From NCBI RefSeq assembly GCF_011386835.1, contig NC_088794.1:132990001-133054000 (forward strand): a stretch of 64,000 nt of DNA. The letters are read 5' to 3'. The notes under the pieces are model-generated. The model saw only the letters and a list, made by a program, of their open reading frames with translations, was not told where the DNA came from and searched no databases. Shown piece by piece: positions 24,366-36,433 of this stretch. Numbering within the stretch: the stretch's first letter is position 1; every line of letters begins with the position of its first letter. The position numbers and the translations under genes are program-made. Source of the DNA: Chrysemys picta bellii. Lineage: Eukaryota.

Positions 24366-26649
24366 TGTTCTTTATGTAGAACAAATACAGAAGTGCAGAG
24401 AACAGCAGAAGTTTTAAAACAAGCTGAGCTGGCTCTGAGAAGCTAGGGGAAAAACAGAGGGACGGCAGCTTGTGAGTAGGGGGGAAAAAGAGAAAAGACT
24501 TCAATGATCTGGCACCACCACCTCAGCACTTCCTCAAAAAATATGTAGGACTGTCACTGTGGCTCTTCCTAGGCCCGTTAAAACCAAGGATCAGAGGGTG
24601 AATATTTCATCAAAGGAAAACTCCTCTTTTCCCTCTAGTACATGGATTACTTTAACATTCCTTCATAGCCCTATTCTCTGCTCCCCCACCCTCATCCTCA
24701 CTCCTGCTCCCTCTTCAGTATGAGCCCCAGTTAAGAAAAGTGATTCAGTCAAAGGTTAAATTATGCCAGTCTCTGGTATGTCATGTGTTTAGCAATAGGT
24801 GTGACCCTTTCTGAGGTAGGGCCTGTAGGAGGGTTGGGGGGGGCAGCGGGAAGCAGGAAAGGTTGCTCTGAATATGCATGGCCGGTGGCCACATCTTCAT
24901 AGGCCTGTGTATTTGTGCAGTTGCTTTTAATGCCATCCAATCTTTCCTTCTGTCCCTAAATGGCCTGTGTTGAAAATGTCCCTGCTTACAGTTGCTCAAC
25001 TGGAATGAGGACAAGTTGTTTGCAATGGCCCCCTTCCAAATGCTTGTGCTGTAACTTTTGTCTTGACTAGTCTCTGAAGATATCTCTGGAGTGATTTTCC
25101 TATGCCTCACTTGCACTCCCCCAAAGTGGTGCCTGCTTTTCTTGCTCTACCCTCTCGTAGCTGGATCTGCCTTTAAAACTATCACCAAACAGAAACTGAT
25201 AACATCTGCTCACCTAATGCTGGCACGTCACACTCGCTCATGTGAATTCACATTGAGCTGCAAAGGGTCCAGATGTTGCAGCAGTAGAAACACCAAGTTA
25301 CCTTTGCTCCTAGCAGAACAGAATGGGTACAGATAACAGCAAAAGAGTGTGACAGTCTTCTGCAAGCTATTACAGCTGATTTGCCACTTAGATCATTGTG
25401 ATTAGGAATAAGTTCTCTTCTGTGCTAACCTATGAACCATTTCTTCTGATGTAGATATTTCTTATTCCTTGGTTTCTCCTGTCTACTTAGTTTCACCAAT
25501 GGAGGGAGGAGATATCCCTTCCCTTTAAATCCACATGTGGTTTAATCCAGGCAGAGGAGGAAGAGAAAGAACTGAGATAACAGATACTGAGTAAGGGTCT
25601 ATAGCTCTAAGATCACTGGGAGAATCTGTGGACATAGACTCATTAATATACATTACAAAAGAAAAGAATAATTTCTTCTCTATTAGATGTGTATGGTACA
25701 TAATGTCTATAAGGGTGTGTGTGTTATCTCCCACCTATTGTTTTAGAAACATAGATTTTGGTTGATGAACAAGAGTATCTATGTTAAAATTTCTCAGCAG
25801 AGATTCTTCTTCTTTATACGATGCCTTAGGTGCACATGTCCCTTTAAGGAAAAATAAGGGACAGCCCCTGCCACAAACAGGACCATAAATTGGCTCCATT
25901 TTCCTTGGGTGCGAGGATGGGGAGAGGGAGGGGGTGTATGAGAAGCTCCTCGTTCTCTGAGCAGCCATGCGGGAGCTGGACAGAATCTTATTGAGACAGG
26001 GTTGGGGTTAGACTGTTGGGGTGGTAGCAGGGACTCGAGGTGGAGTTTCTGTTACTGCCCCAACAGCTGCTAGCTGCATGCAGGGGCATTAAGGCCAGGA
26101 TAAGTGGGGCTCCTCCCACTTCCTCTCCACTATCCAAGGGAGCTGACCCAGCCTGGAGTTTGGAGCATGCTACACCTTTTCCAAGGGTGACAGAGCTACT
26201 GCTGCCATGAGTAGATCTGGGGACCCCTTCCCCTCCTCCAGGTCACAACACCTAGCCCCGGGGGACAGGAATTGCTGCTGTACGGTGACCGTGGTGTGGG
26301 CTCATTTGCCAACCCTCCCATCAGTGGTCATTTTTTTGGAAGGATCTCAGGTTCAGCTTTTGGCCCAGGCCCCCAAAAACCTCTGTGTGGCCCAGGCTCC
26401 TGAGGGGCTCCCTGGCTGCATTGCAGCTCTTCCACACACCCCTCCAGAGGGTGTCAGGAGCAGAATCTTGTCCCCAATTTACTCATTGCAACACAACAGT
26501 GGACAAAAGGGTGGAGGGGCTTAGGGATTTAACACAAACCTAAGGGGCATCACACTATACTGGCATCTCCTACTCTAGTTTATATTTTTATTGATTTGGA
26601 AGCATTATTGTAGCCATTAGAGAGAAAGCCTTCCCCCCTCCCCTCCCCA

Positions 26650-26832
26650 GGCATTAATGGGTCACTTCACCTTGAATGGTCTCTTGAAATGTGTTAACTT
26701 GTGCTAGACAATCTGTTCCACTCTGAGCACAGGTCCCAGACCTGACGAAGAGCTCTGTGTAAACTCGAGAGTTTGTCCTTCTCACCAACAGAAGTTAGGT
26801 AACATCTTTTACTGGACCAACCCACCCTCTCT
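26650..26832 (+). mobile_element. Penelope-like terminal-repeat remnant with a degenerate hammerhead motif
   Basis: CCAGACCTGACGAAGAGCTCTGTGTAAACTCGAGAGTTTGTC has a CUGANGA core and helix II, with GAAA changed to GAGA; flanking sequence resembles a recalled turtle Penelope terminal repeat. Confidence 0.65.
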
Positions 26833-28033
26833 CCCTATTGATTTGGCAAACAGTGATAATCTCCATAACAAATATATCCTTGTTTTGCAGAGATAATATT
26901 CTAGCTTGGTGGTAAACACAACATGCTGGGGGGGGATGGCATGTTCAGCAATTTCAGTCTTGGCAGAAGAGAGATTTGGTTTGACTCCACTGTTTTTGGT
27001 GGTATGTTAAATCCTTGCTAACTCTTTTCTTTTAACCCTAAGAACAGCTGTGCCTCTGCCTCCGTGTTAACATCAGCAGATTGGTTGCTTGAACCCTACT
27101 CCATTTCTCAGAGAGCACTAAACTGCTTTGGTTTTATACCTATAATGCTAATGGGAAAACAAACAAGCCCAGCTTGCTGGTTTATAATTGCATATGTAAT
27201 GCACTGCTAGCAATGTAAGTTAGTTCACTGGCCTTTTTATCATCACCACAGTGTAACACATAATAGCTTCATCTTCATGACTGTCATTAGGTCAAATAGA
27301 TGGTAATCTTAAAAAAAAGTTTTGCTCTGCTTGCAAGCATGGTGACAGATACTTTGATATATGCATTGATACGCACCATACATCTGACAACAGGATCTGT
27401 CCTACTGAGTCTTTGGGCCAAATCCCATTGACTCAACTCACTGAAGTCCATGGGCCTGATTCTATGTGATTTTTATACCAGCGTAACTCTACTTGGAGTT
27501 ACTCCTAGTTGGTACTGATTAAGTGAAGGGGACTGATTCTCTAAATGGGACTACTCCCAAGCAAGCAGATTTGCTCATTATCTGACAGATCATTTGTTTA
27601 CAGGTAAAAGACACAGAAATGAAGACAAGCATGTTGTCAGTGATTTCCAGAGATAATTTAAGGCTGCAATCCCAAATTTTGCTGCTAAAAAGAGGAGAGA
27701 GAGGGCCAGTGAATAAACTACTGCAATTCTATTAAGTGCTTTCTGCCCTTCTTTCCTAGTCCCCACATTTTCAGAGGGACAAAAAGGAGATTTCTATTGT
27801 GCAAAGAGGAAATCTGAGAGATCGAAAGACTTAAAAGGAAACATATGATTGCAAATCAGTTGATATTTTATGTTTTTCAAAGTTTTCTGGACAGCCAAAA
27901 TAACATTTTTAAAAGGCTGAATTTCTCTCCCCTTCCCCTCCAATAGATTTTAATGAAGGCTGAAATAAACTCCAGGATTTAGGAGAAAGAAAAAAACCCA
28001 AACAACTTAGAGAAATTGGATACATAACCAAAT

Positions 28034-28550
28034 CGTAGAATCAATGGGGCCCTTAGGAACCACCCCTCTGCACTGTGGCAGGATTCATTTAATTATTCTA
28101 TAACTGTTCCTGTAGATGGGTGTTTAGCCTCGAATAACTCCAACAACAGAAATTGCACAACTGCCTTTGGCAGCTTGTCCCATCGTCTAACAGTTCTTCT
28201 ACAGTTTTGCCTAATATTTAACCTAAAAACTTCCCTCCTGCTTCAGCCAATTATTATTTGTCCAATCCTCAGTGACTAATGAGAATAATTGATCCTTGTC
28301 CTCTTTAAAACATTCCTTTATGTTTCCTGTTATGTCCCCCACGCACACTTGTCTTTCCTTTAGGCTAAAGATGCCAAGTTATCTTAACCTTTCCACTTAG
28401 ATCCTATTTGCCAAACTTCTTACCATCTTTGTTGCACTCCTCTAAACTCTTCAATTGGTCCATGTGTCTTTTTTTCCATACAGAACTGAATGCAGTTACT
28501 CCAGTTAAGCTTTAACCAGTGCCAAGCAGAGCACAATAATTACTTCAGTA
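28034..28550 (-). mobile_element. old CR1 LINE 3' portion
   Basis: CGTAGAATC tail; CCTAATATTTAACCTAAAAAC (FRLNIR-like); CAGAACTGAATGCAGTTACTCCAG (LEYCxQFW-like). Confidence 0.7.
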
Positions 28551-29029
28551 ACCTGACTGACCCCATCTAATAACAAAGGCAAAATGCAGCTTGTAATTAA
28601 AAAACTTTTTAAAAATAATTTTTAAAAGCTAATTTCCTTAATGACCAGAACATCCTACTGCTTGGCACGCACAAGTTAAGGAACGTAAACGTTATTGTTC
28701 AGTCTAGGCATCTTTTTCAATGATATGCTGTGTATTGTATTTTGGACTATGTACAGTTTTACTCCGACTAGGAACAGGCTGTACTTCATCTCTTGTGCTC
28801 CCTCCCACTCTTTTTGTTTCACCCAGACTTCACTCCTGTCTGCTCCCTGTCGCCCTATCTACATTTGTTCAGCTCCACTGCCAGTATTAAATTTGGGAGC
28901 CTTTGTAAACAGCTGCCACTGGTGTTTTTAACACCTTAGCCTATATTAGGTCTTCCAACGTTACTAACTTCAGTGGAGCTGAACCAACAGTGGGAAATAT
29001 TTAGAAATTTCCCTCATGTAGGCAGAATC

Positions 29030-29265
29030 TTTAACCCTTTTCACCATGTCCATGCTAGCCCACACCTGGAAAGGCTTCCCAGTTAATATCCAGCCAGCAC
29101 TCTCCTTCAAAAAACTCCTCAAAATTCACCTGTTCTGCAAAACATTCCAGCTGTACAGCATGTTCTATATTCATTAACTTGGTACCTGCCTATTGTTTTG
29201 CACTGTATTGTATACCCCCTGGGTTATAATCTTGTCAAGAGAGGAATTGTATTCTTTGGCACACC
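29030..29265 (+). mobile_element. L2 3' end remnant
   Basis: CCTGGAAAGGCTTCCC...CTCTCCTTCAAAAAACTCCTCAAAATTCACCTGTTCTG resembles the L2 ORF2 terminus (W..LP...SFK..LKxHLF). Confidence 0.55.
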
Positions 29266-31570
29266 CTACCTATTATAAAGTGCTGTGCACGGTAATATAT
29301 AAATAATTGCCTGATGACAGCAGTTCCCAGGAAAAGGATACATGAATTCACCATAACAAAAGAAATGTGGATCAAGTAGCAAGACTAGCAACCTCTCTGA
29401 CTTCAAACCTAATCTTTGATTTGATGGCAGCATTTTTATTAAGTTGCTTTTGCACTCTACCATTAGGCAATATAAGATCTAGAAGTATCATTATTTGTTA
29501 TTTTTCCATACAGTCTTGATTAAACTGAAGTAGTTCTGCTGGTAAACAGGTCAGTGAACACTTGCAAGTAGAATAGGTGGGATGATTAGCAAAAAACAGC
29601 TAATAGCGTCATACTCTGCTATAAACCTTTGAAGTATTAGGTGAAATTCTGCTGTCAGTTACACATATACAAGCCCATTGTAGTCCATAGGGTTGTGTGC
29701 GTACAAATGAGATCAGAATTTGGCTTCAAATAACAACACATCATAACATACCAGAAGTCACTCTATTAAAAAAGCATAAGTACTTTAGGACTTGGATCCA
29801 TTAGCCAATATTTCATAAGGCAAAATATTCATTCCTTTTTTACAACTTGTACGCAGGGCTGCGTCAAGACCTTTTGATATAGATTGGACGAGGTGAAACC
29901 TCAATGCAGTCTAAAAGTAAAGGCAGCTCAGAGGGAATGAACAAAGTCAAGCAGAAATAGCGACTACAAGTTATTAGCAGGCAACCAAGAGTCAGTTGGT
30001 GGCCAGGAGAACAAGAGTTTGCAAGACCCAGTGAATTTGTATGTTCTTTGCTTGTTGGGCATTTTCTCCCCCCCATCCCTTTTTATTTGTTACAGTGCTC
30101 TAGATAAAAATATTGAGCTGAGAAAGAATCTTTAACCCATCTTGAAATGAGACTTGCAAGCATTTTTATAAATAGATTGAAAAGTTGTCTTGTGGCTTTT
30201 GTAAGTACTGCTCTATGCTCTACACAAAGGCTGTTTTGTTATATCTTAGACAACAGTACTCCTCCATGAGCCACAACAGAGATCACTAGGCTGTCCCACA
30301 CAAGTACGGCTGTACCTTTGGGGGACTCCTTTATTCTTTGTCCTGAACTGGAAGAACACCTCTGAGTAAGATATGCTAACACACAGTGCATGCCCTTTCT
30401 GCACTGATAACAGGTGCTGTAGGTAGGGTCCAATCTAAAGCCTATGGAAGTCAATGGAAATGTTGTCATTCATTTCAGTGGGATTAGGATCAAGCCCATA
30501 CAATACAAATCTAAAAGTGTTGGGGAGAGGGGATCCTGACCCCACTGAAATCAATAGGGCCAGGATTTCACCCTATACACTTCTGAAATTATAACTAAAA
30601 TAAATAAATAAAGGTTGTGGGCTGTGCAGGATTTATTCATCCCTCCCAGAGTGTTATCTGTCCACAGTTCTTGCAGGGGTGGGGTGGGGGGAATCAAACA
30701 GATGTCCCTCTCAGCCCTGTCCTGTTTTATAAGGAATTAAAGGGGTCATCCCTCCTCCTTGGATCAGAAATTGCGGCTTAACTTAGTTCTATTTTTTAAA
30801 TCATTTTTTATTATAATTCACCCAAAGGCTAACAAAATATGGTGGATATATGTATAGTATTGAGACTTATTTTTTGAGGTACATATTTTTATTGGGTAGA
30901 AAATATAAATCATTTCACTCCCTGAGATGCAAGTTTTGTCTTTTATGAATGTAAAATGCCCACATTTCCGTATTGGTAGCACAAGATATATTTTTAGCTG
31001 CGATTCCTTATTCCAAGCTTGGGTCATTCTGTCCAGGTCATGCCCTCATGCTACAGGTCATTGGTTCCAAGAGTAAAACAATACACATGCAGTCAGAAGG
31101 GTTTTACACGTGGCAAACCTGAAGACATGCAGATCATGATCTGAGAATTACGAGTTGAGTTAAGCAGACAAGCTGCCTCCCTAAAGAAGGGACAAAAATA
31201 GCAAAAGACTTGCTGAGCCAGTGGCTTGGCATATGGCAGGTGAACCTTAACTTGGGGGGAGGGGTATTTGGGAATCTACATAGAGGGGCAAGTCTTTGAT
31301 ACTCATTTAGAGCTTGACTTACAGCTGTTTGGAGTGGAGCCTGCACCTTCTCAAAATTGGGTGTCTAAATAAGCAGTGTGGTTTTCAGAGGCACTGAAAT
31401 GCCATGGACTCTGAGAACAAGGAGCTACCTTTCTACATTAATTGGAGATATTTCCTAATAGACAACATGAAATATCTTATTTTGTCAGATAATTGACAGA
31501 GGGGAAGGCTGATACGAACAGTATAGACAATTTTAAATGTGTTTGATAAGACAGAAAAGATTTTTTTTTT

Positions 31571-31766
31571 AATATATGGAGATATACCTATCTTGTAGAA
31601 CTGGAAGGGACCTTGCAAGGTCATCAAGCCCAGCTCCCTGCCTTCACTAGCAGGACCAAGTACTGATTTTGCCCCAGATCCCCAAGTGGCCCCCTCAAGG
31701 ATTGAACTCATAACCCTGGGTTTAGCAGGCCAATGCTCAAACCACTGAGCTATTCCCCCCCCCCCC
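31571..31766 (-). mobile_element. tortoise PolIII/Cry-type SINE, second subfamily variant
   Basis: reverse complement reads GGGAATAGCTCAGTGGTTTGAGCATTGGCCTGCTAAACCCAGGGTTATGAGTTCAATCCTTGAGGGGGCC... with a CR1-like tail ending GGTATATCTCCATATATT. Confidence 0.92.
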
Positions 31767-31769
31767 ATC

Positions 31770-31915
31770 TCAAAGCATTTTACAAATATTAATAAATTAA
31801 TCCTTCCAAACACCCCTGGGAGGTAGACATGATCATCCCTGTTTTATGTGAGGGGAAACTGAGGCAGAGAGCTTTACCCAAGGTTATACTGGAAGTCTAG
31901 AACAAGACTCTACAG
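31770..31915 (-). mobile_element. MIR-like CORE SINE
   Basis: CATCCCTGTTTTATGTGAGGGGAAACTGAGGCAGAGAG...CCCAAGGTTA reverse CORE motif. Confidence 0.7.
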
Positions 31916-32224
31916 CTATGTAAGGGGATCAATTGGCATCAAACTTTCTGAGCATTCTTCTCAAGCTTACTGGGATGCTCTTAGAAGGACCTTAGATGCA
32001 TAGAGGCTAACTGTGGCAATCCATACATTGCTTGGTGGCAGGGAAATTAATCAACTTGCGAAGAGAATTTGTTTTAGAGAGGAGAACAAGCTGCAAAGTC
32101 CAGGGGCCTGATTCACTTCTCACTTACAATAGTGCAAATCAAGAAGAACTCAATGGAGTAAACTTGTATATGGATAATAAGAATATGCAGAGTTATTTAG
32201 TATTTAAAAAGGTGCTTTGAAAAG

Positions 32225-32410
32225 GATATAAAGCTTCAAGACACAAGACAACCTCTAACTACTGGGAATCAGGAGGAAACTTTCTTGGCTAATCCCCAAC
32301 TAACTAATGCAATATTTCTTTTTCGGAAGCAGCTGGCACTGGCCAGTGTCAGAGAGAGGATCCTGAACTAGATGGACCATTAGTCTGATTCACTATGGCA
32401 AATCCTGTTT
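32225..32410 (+). mobile_element. old CR1-type 3' tail
   Basis: GGCCAGTGTCAGAGAGAGGATCCTGAACTAGATGGACCATTAGTCTGATTCACTATGGCAAATCCT resembles the tail at 49280-49350. Confidence 0.6.
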
Positions 32411-33439
32411 AAAACTGGCATCAGAGGAGAATAAGGCCCCAAATCTAGAGCTGGATACAGATTTTGAATACCTAAAAACTTAAGGGAGTTTGGATCTGGG
32501 TATTTTGATTCAGCTCATTTTTATAGAGGGGAAAAATATTATTTGCAAAATTAATATCCAGGTTCCTGTTTTTGAACACCCCCAAATTCAGGGCAAGCAC
32601 CTCTCTGGGCCTAATTCTAGTCTGTTCTATCCTTGACACATTATCATCGTTCATGGGAGGAAGACATAGTCTATCCAAAAAGAGTCTAATTGGCAGGAGC
32701 TTATTAAGGATCCAGCTCTTAGAAAGGGAACAGGATATTAACTCTTGGATCACATTCAAGAGAAGCACAGACCAGAGCTGCTCCCCTTGAAATATATTAT
32801 TGCTATTGTGCTGTCTGAAAGGACAACATAGAAGAAAAAACCAAGAGTTAGGGAAATTGATGCCCCAACTTTTTAAAAGTCAAGATTTCTCCCCCTTCTC
32901 CCAAGGGATTTCTTAAAGAAAATGTTGTCCAAATACCACAAAAGCCAAAGTTGTAACTTCCAGAGAAACTGAGGCTACAGTCCAACAAAGATTGCAAAAT
33001 AAAGAGGATTTTAGAAATCCTAATTTTAATAAACTTCAAAAAAGTAATAAAATTGAGATAAAAGTGTAGAAAAAGAGTCCTGTTTACAATGATGGTGACC
33101 GTAAAATGGATTTAAACTTTAGTTACTCATGGAGACATTAAACAGAATAAGGTTGACTCAAGTTTTAGATTTCTAAAAGCAAAACAGCTCTAGATGAGTT
33201 TCAGGAAAAAGTTTTTGGCCAGCTATATACAACTGCCATTTAACAGGGAAAAAAGAATAGCAGAGCCAGTAACAGCTTTAAAATATGTTCAGGTTTGCCA
33301 TTCTTTGTCTGTGCACATCAGTGTTAAGTGATGCTCAGGGAGTAAGTATGACATACAGCAGAGCAGCTCTATCTGTGCGCCTTGGAATTGCTATGATATA
33401 TTATCCACCACACAATCTGAACACCTCAGAAATATCAAT

Positions 33440-33960
33440 TCATTTATACTTACAAACACTCCTGTGAGATAGCAGCTGGATTCCCATTTTACAGCTGGGG
33501 AGATTAAAGTCCCAGTTCAGCAAAACACTGAAACATGTGCTTAACTTTAAATCTGAGGCCTTGGCTACACTTACCCGCTAGTTCGGCGGCTGGCAATCGA
33601 ACTTCTGGGTTCGACTTATTGAGTCTAGTCTGGACGCGATAAGTCGAACCCGGAAGTGCTCGCCGTCGACTGCGGTACTCCAGCTCGGCGAGAGGAGTAC
33701 CGCGGAGTCGACGGGGGAGCCTGCCTGCCGAGTGTGGACCAAGGTAAGTTTGAACTAAAGTACTTTGACTTCAGCTACGTTATTCACGTAGCTGAAGTTG
33801 CGTACCTTAGTTCGAATTAGGGGGGTAGTGTAGACCAAGCCAGAGTAGTTCCATTGAAATCAAGTTACAGTTAATCATGTGTTTAAATGCTTTGCTGGAC
33901 TGGAGACAAAGTGACTTACTCAAGGTCGTTGTGAAAGTCTGTAGCAGAGCTGGTTCTGAA
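33440..33960 (-). mobile_element. MIR-like SINE split by a palindromic MITE that is itself split by a Harbinger MITE
   Basis: CCCATTTTACAGCTGGGGAGATTAAAG | insert | AAAGTGACTTACTCAAGGTC rejoin into a MIR core. Confidence 0.6.
33557..33841. mobile_element. CpG-rich PIF/Harbinger MITE
   Basis: TIRs GGCCTTGGCTACACT / AGTGTAGACCAAGCC; flanks TGA/AGA; three internal hairpins. Confidence 0.85.
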
Positions 33961-34219
33961 ACAACCTGCCCCCTTTCCTGCCAGCCTGCTTTGCAGTCAG
34001 GGACCCAAGGGTTTCCAAGGTTGATGGCAGCCCCCCAGGTGGACTGCCCTGGAGCAAGTGACCATATTGTGTGTGATAGAAATCCTCTGCAAAATGGAAT
34101 GACTTAACTCAGCAGAGCTCTACGCATGGCTTCTGAGTCCCAGCCCTCGGGTTTAGAATGGAATTCAAGGAGAATGGCAATACCGGATTTCTGAAATAAA
34201 CTGGAGAACCCATAAAGAA

Positions 34220-34444
34220 TTATCAGAGGGGTAGCCGTGTTAGTCTGGATCTGTAAAAAGCAACAGAGAGTCCTGTGGCACCTTTAAGACTAACAGATGT
34301 ATTGGAGCATAAGCTTTCGTGGGTGAATGCCTACTTAGTCGGATGCACCCGACCTGCATCTGACGAAGTGGGCATTCACCTACGAAAGCTTATGCTCCAA
34401 TACATCTGTTAGTCTTAAAGGTGCCACAGGACTCTCTGTTGCTT
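34220..34444. mobile_element. Penelope-like element remnant forming a 90-bp inverted repeat
   Basis: arms 34258-34347 and 34355-34444 match at 86/90; 9-bp flanking duplication CATAAAGAA (34211-34219 and 34445-34453). Confidence 0.9.
34356..34395 (+). ncRNA. minimal type I hammerhead ribozyme motif (Penelope-type)
   Basis: GCAU-CUGACGA-A-GUGGG(CAUUCA)CCUAC-GAAA-GC-UU-AUGC: helix I GCAU/AUGC, core CUGANGA and GAAA, 5-bp helix II, palindromic AGCU helix III. Confidence 0.65.
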
Positions 34445-35066
34445 CATAAAGAAGTAAAGAACCTTCAATCAAGACATAAAAAGTGTCCAGTCCCATTGAC
34501 TTCAGAACTTTGCTGGATTGGGCCCAAGTTCAAGAGGGCAACTTGATTCAAATAAAGTAAGACCTAACCCAGTTTTTCACCCAAAACTAGCACCAAAACA
34601 TTTAGGTTTGCTAGCATTCAGTTAACTTCTTACTTGTATTTATGTAAACAACTGCTTTGGCCAGAGACCAGAAAGACCACACCACAATGCTCTAACAAAG
34701 GCTATTCATGGGGTACCCAAACTCTCCAACTTGGCTGGAACCAGGAATTACCAGAAATCACAACAGAAGGCATTTATTCTCATGCAGTGTCAATACCAGT
34801 TACTTGATCAAAGAGATTTGGCTACATTTCAGTGGATCATCTGAACCTTTTGATGTTCAGCTGAATGGACTCTTCAAACCTTGAAACATTTGCCTATTGC
34901 TAACATAAATTCCATTACTGGAGAGCTAGACTAGTACTTTTTTAAGATGGTTATTTTCTGCTTTGAGAAGGCAGCTGGAACTAGTAGGTATATGATTGAA
35001 TTTTATAATTTATGTCAAAGACACTCTTTTAGCTACATATACTTCTAATTAGGCAAAACTGCACCC

Positions 35067-35870
35067 TGTAAGGCAGTACACTCGCCACCCATCGCATCCC
35101 CTTGTGATATTGCAAGGGCCTTTGTCTCCAGAACCTGCTGCAGGCCATCCGCCTCTCACCAGGTCTTCCAGAGCTTGGCCATCCAGCTAAGTCACTAAGT
35201 TCAGTCCCCTTCTAGGGTAACAGAAGGTCCAACTGAAAAGCTAGGATCAACATCCCAATAATAATTCTTCCACCCCTCTTGGGCGCCACTGCAGTATTCT
35301 TACTGGCCCTCGCTCAAGGCCTCCCCCGCAGGAGCCTAACCTGCTCCTTCAATTGGGTTTGCATGTCCCTTCCCCAGGGTCTGCTAGGGGAACCCAGGTC
35401 CACCCTCTACTCTGGGGTCCAGCCCAGGGACCCTGAATTAACAGCTAATGTCTTTTTCTTCAGACATGCTGCTGTTTCCCTAGACTACATCCTACTGCTA
35501 TGTCCCCTTGGGCTGCTTCACACAGCTTCCATTTGGCTCTCAGGCCTCTAGCTTCTCCCTCTCTACTGATCTAATAAGTCTTCCACCCCATCAGGCTGTA
35601 CTAAAGTGCTTTTATTCACTCTATTTTAGGGCCTGACACTGTTCCCAGGGGAAGTGGAGGGTTCTCCTACCTGCAGAAGGGTCTTGACTTCTCTGTAGTC
35701 TCTCTCCCCTAGACTCTCTTCCCAGCTCTGCTTGAGTTGTCCCTCCAATTCTCTTCAGCTGGGGAATGCTAGCACTAAGTTGCCAAATCACCATTAGCTG
35801 GGGGCTAGCAGGTAGGGCACAGAAAAGACTGAGCATAGCTTGCCTTTAAAGGGCCAGTCAGCCTCTGACA
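35067..35870. mobile_element. solo LTR (Gypsy-like), 804 bp
   Basis: begins TGTAAGG, ends ...TTTAAAGGGCCAGTCAGCCTCTGACA; perfect 4-bp TSD ACCC on both sides. Confidence 0.8.
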
Positions 35871-36166
35871 ACCCCAGTTAGGGGCTTGTGCTTGTTACTG
35901 TACCACACAGAAGAGATACATAATAGGTAGCAATGCAAGGTATGTCACACCCAACTAGTGAGAGAGTTTAAGGGACAGACTGGAAGACGGTACAGAGGTA
36001 AAAAGGTCTGGAAGAGTTTATACGGGGCAGGCTAAACACAAGGTATGGGTAGAGAAAAGGGAGAGAGGGAGGCAATAGAAATGCAAAGCACTAGGAGGTA
36101 AGACTGCTGCACAACTGAGTAAAAGCAGGTTTGTGTTGTATGTTCACATGGCCCCCTTCTCTAAAC

Positions 36167-36433
36167 CAGCAATTTCCAAACTGTGGTGCATGGGCCACGG
36201 ATGGCCCACAAATCACTTACTGTCAGTCCACAGACAGCTGGCTGGTCATATGGTGCTGTTTTCTTTTCCTTGTTTCCAGCTGCCATGTCGCATTAAAAAG
36301 ATTTATTGTACGCATTTTGGTTTTCCTTCTAAGCAATCACTGTAGCTGCCACAGAGACATTACAGAGTTGCACGTGGTGAGGCAGCCCATGTGATTGGGA
36401 CTGGGAGGTGAGCTGTCTCTGAGAAATGCTCTG
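36167..36433. mobile_element. hAT-Charlie-like MITE (diverged)
   Basis: starts CAGCAATTTCCAAACTGTGG after CTCTAAAC; degenerate end TGAGAAATGCTCTG. Confidence 0.45.

Noticed and set aside
33602-33813. Regularly spaced palindromes reminiscent of a CRISPR or attC array
   Set aside because: The units are not repeats of one another and lie within Harbinger TIRs in vertebrate DNA; there are no cas or integrase genes.
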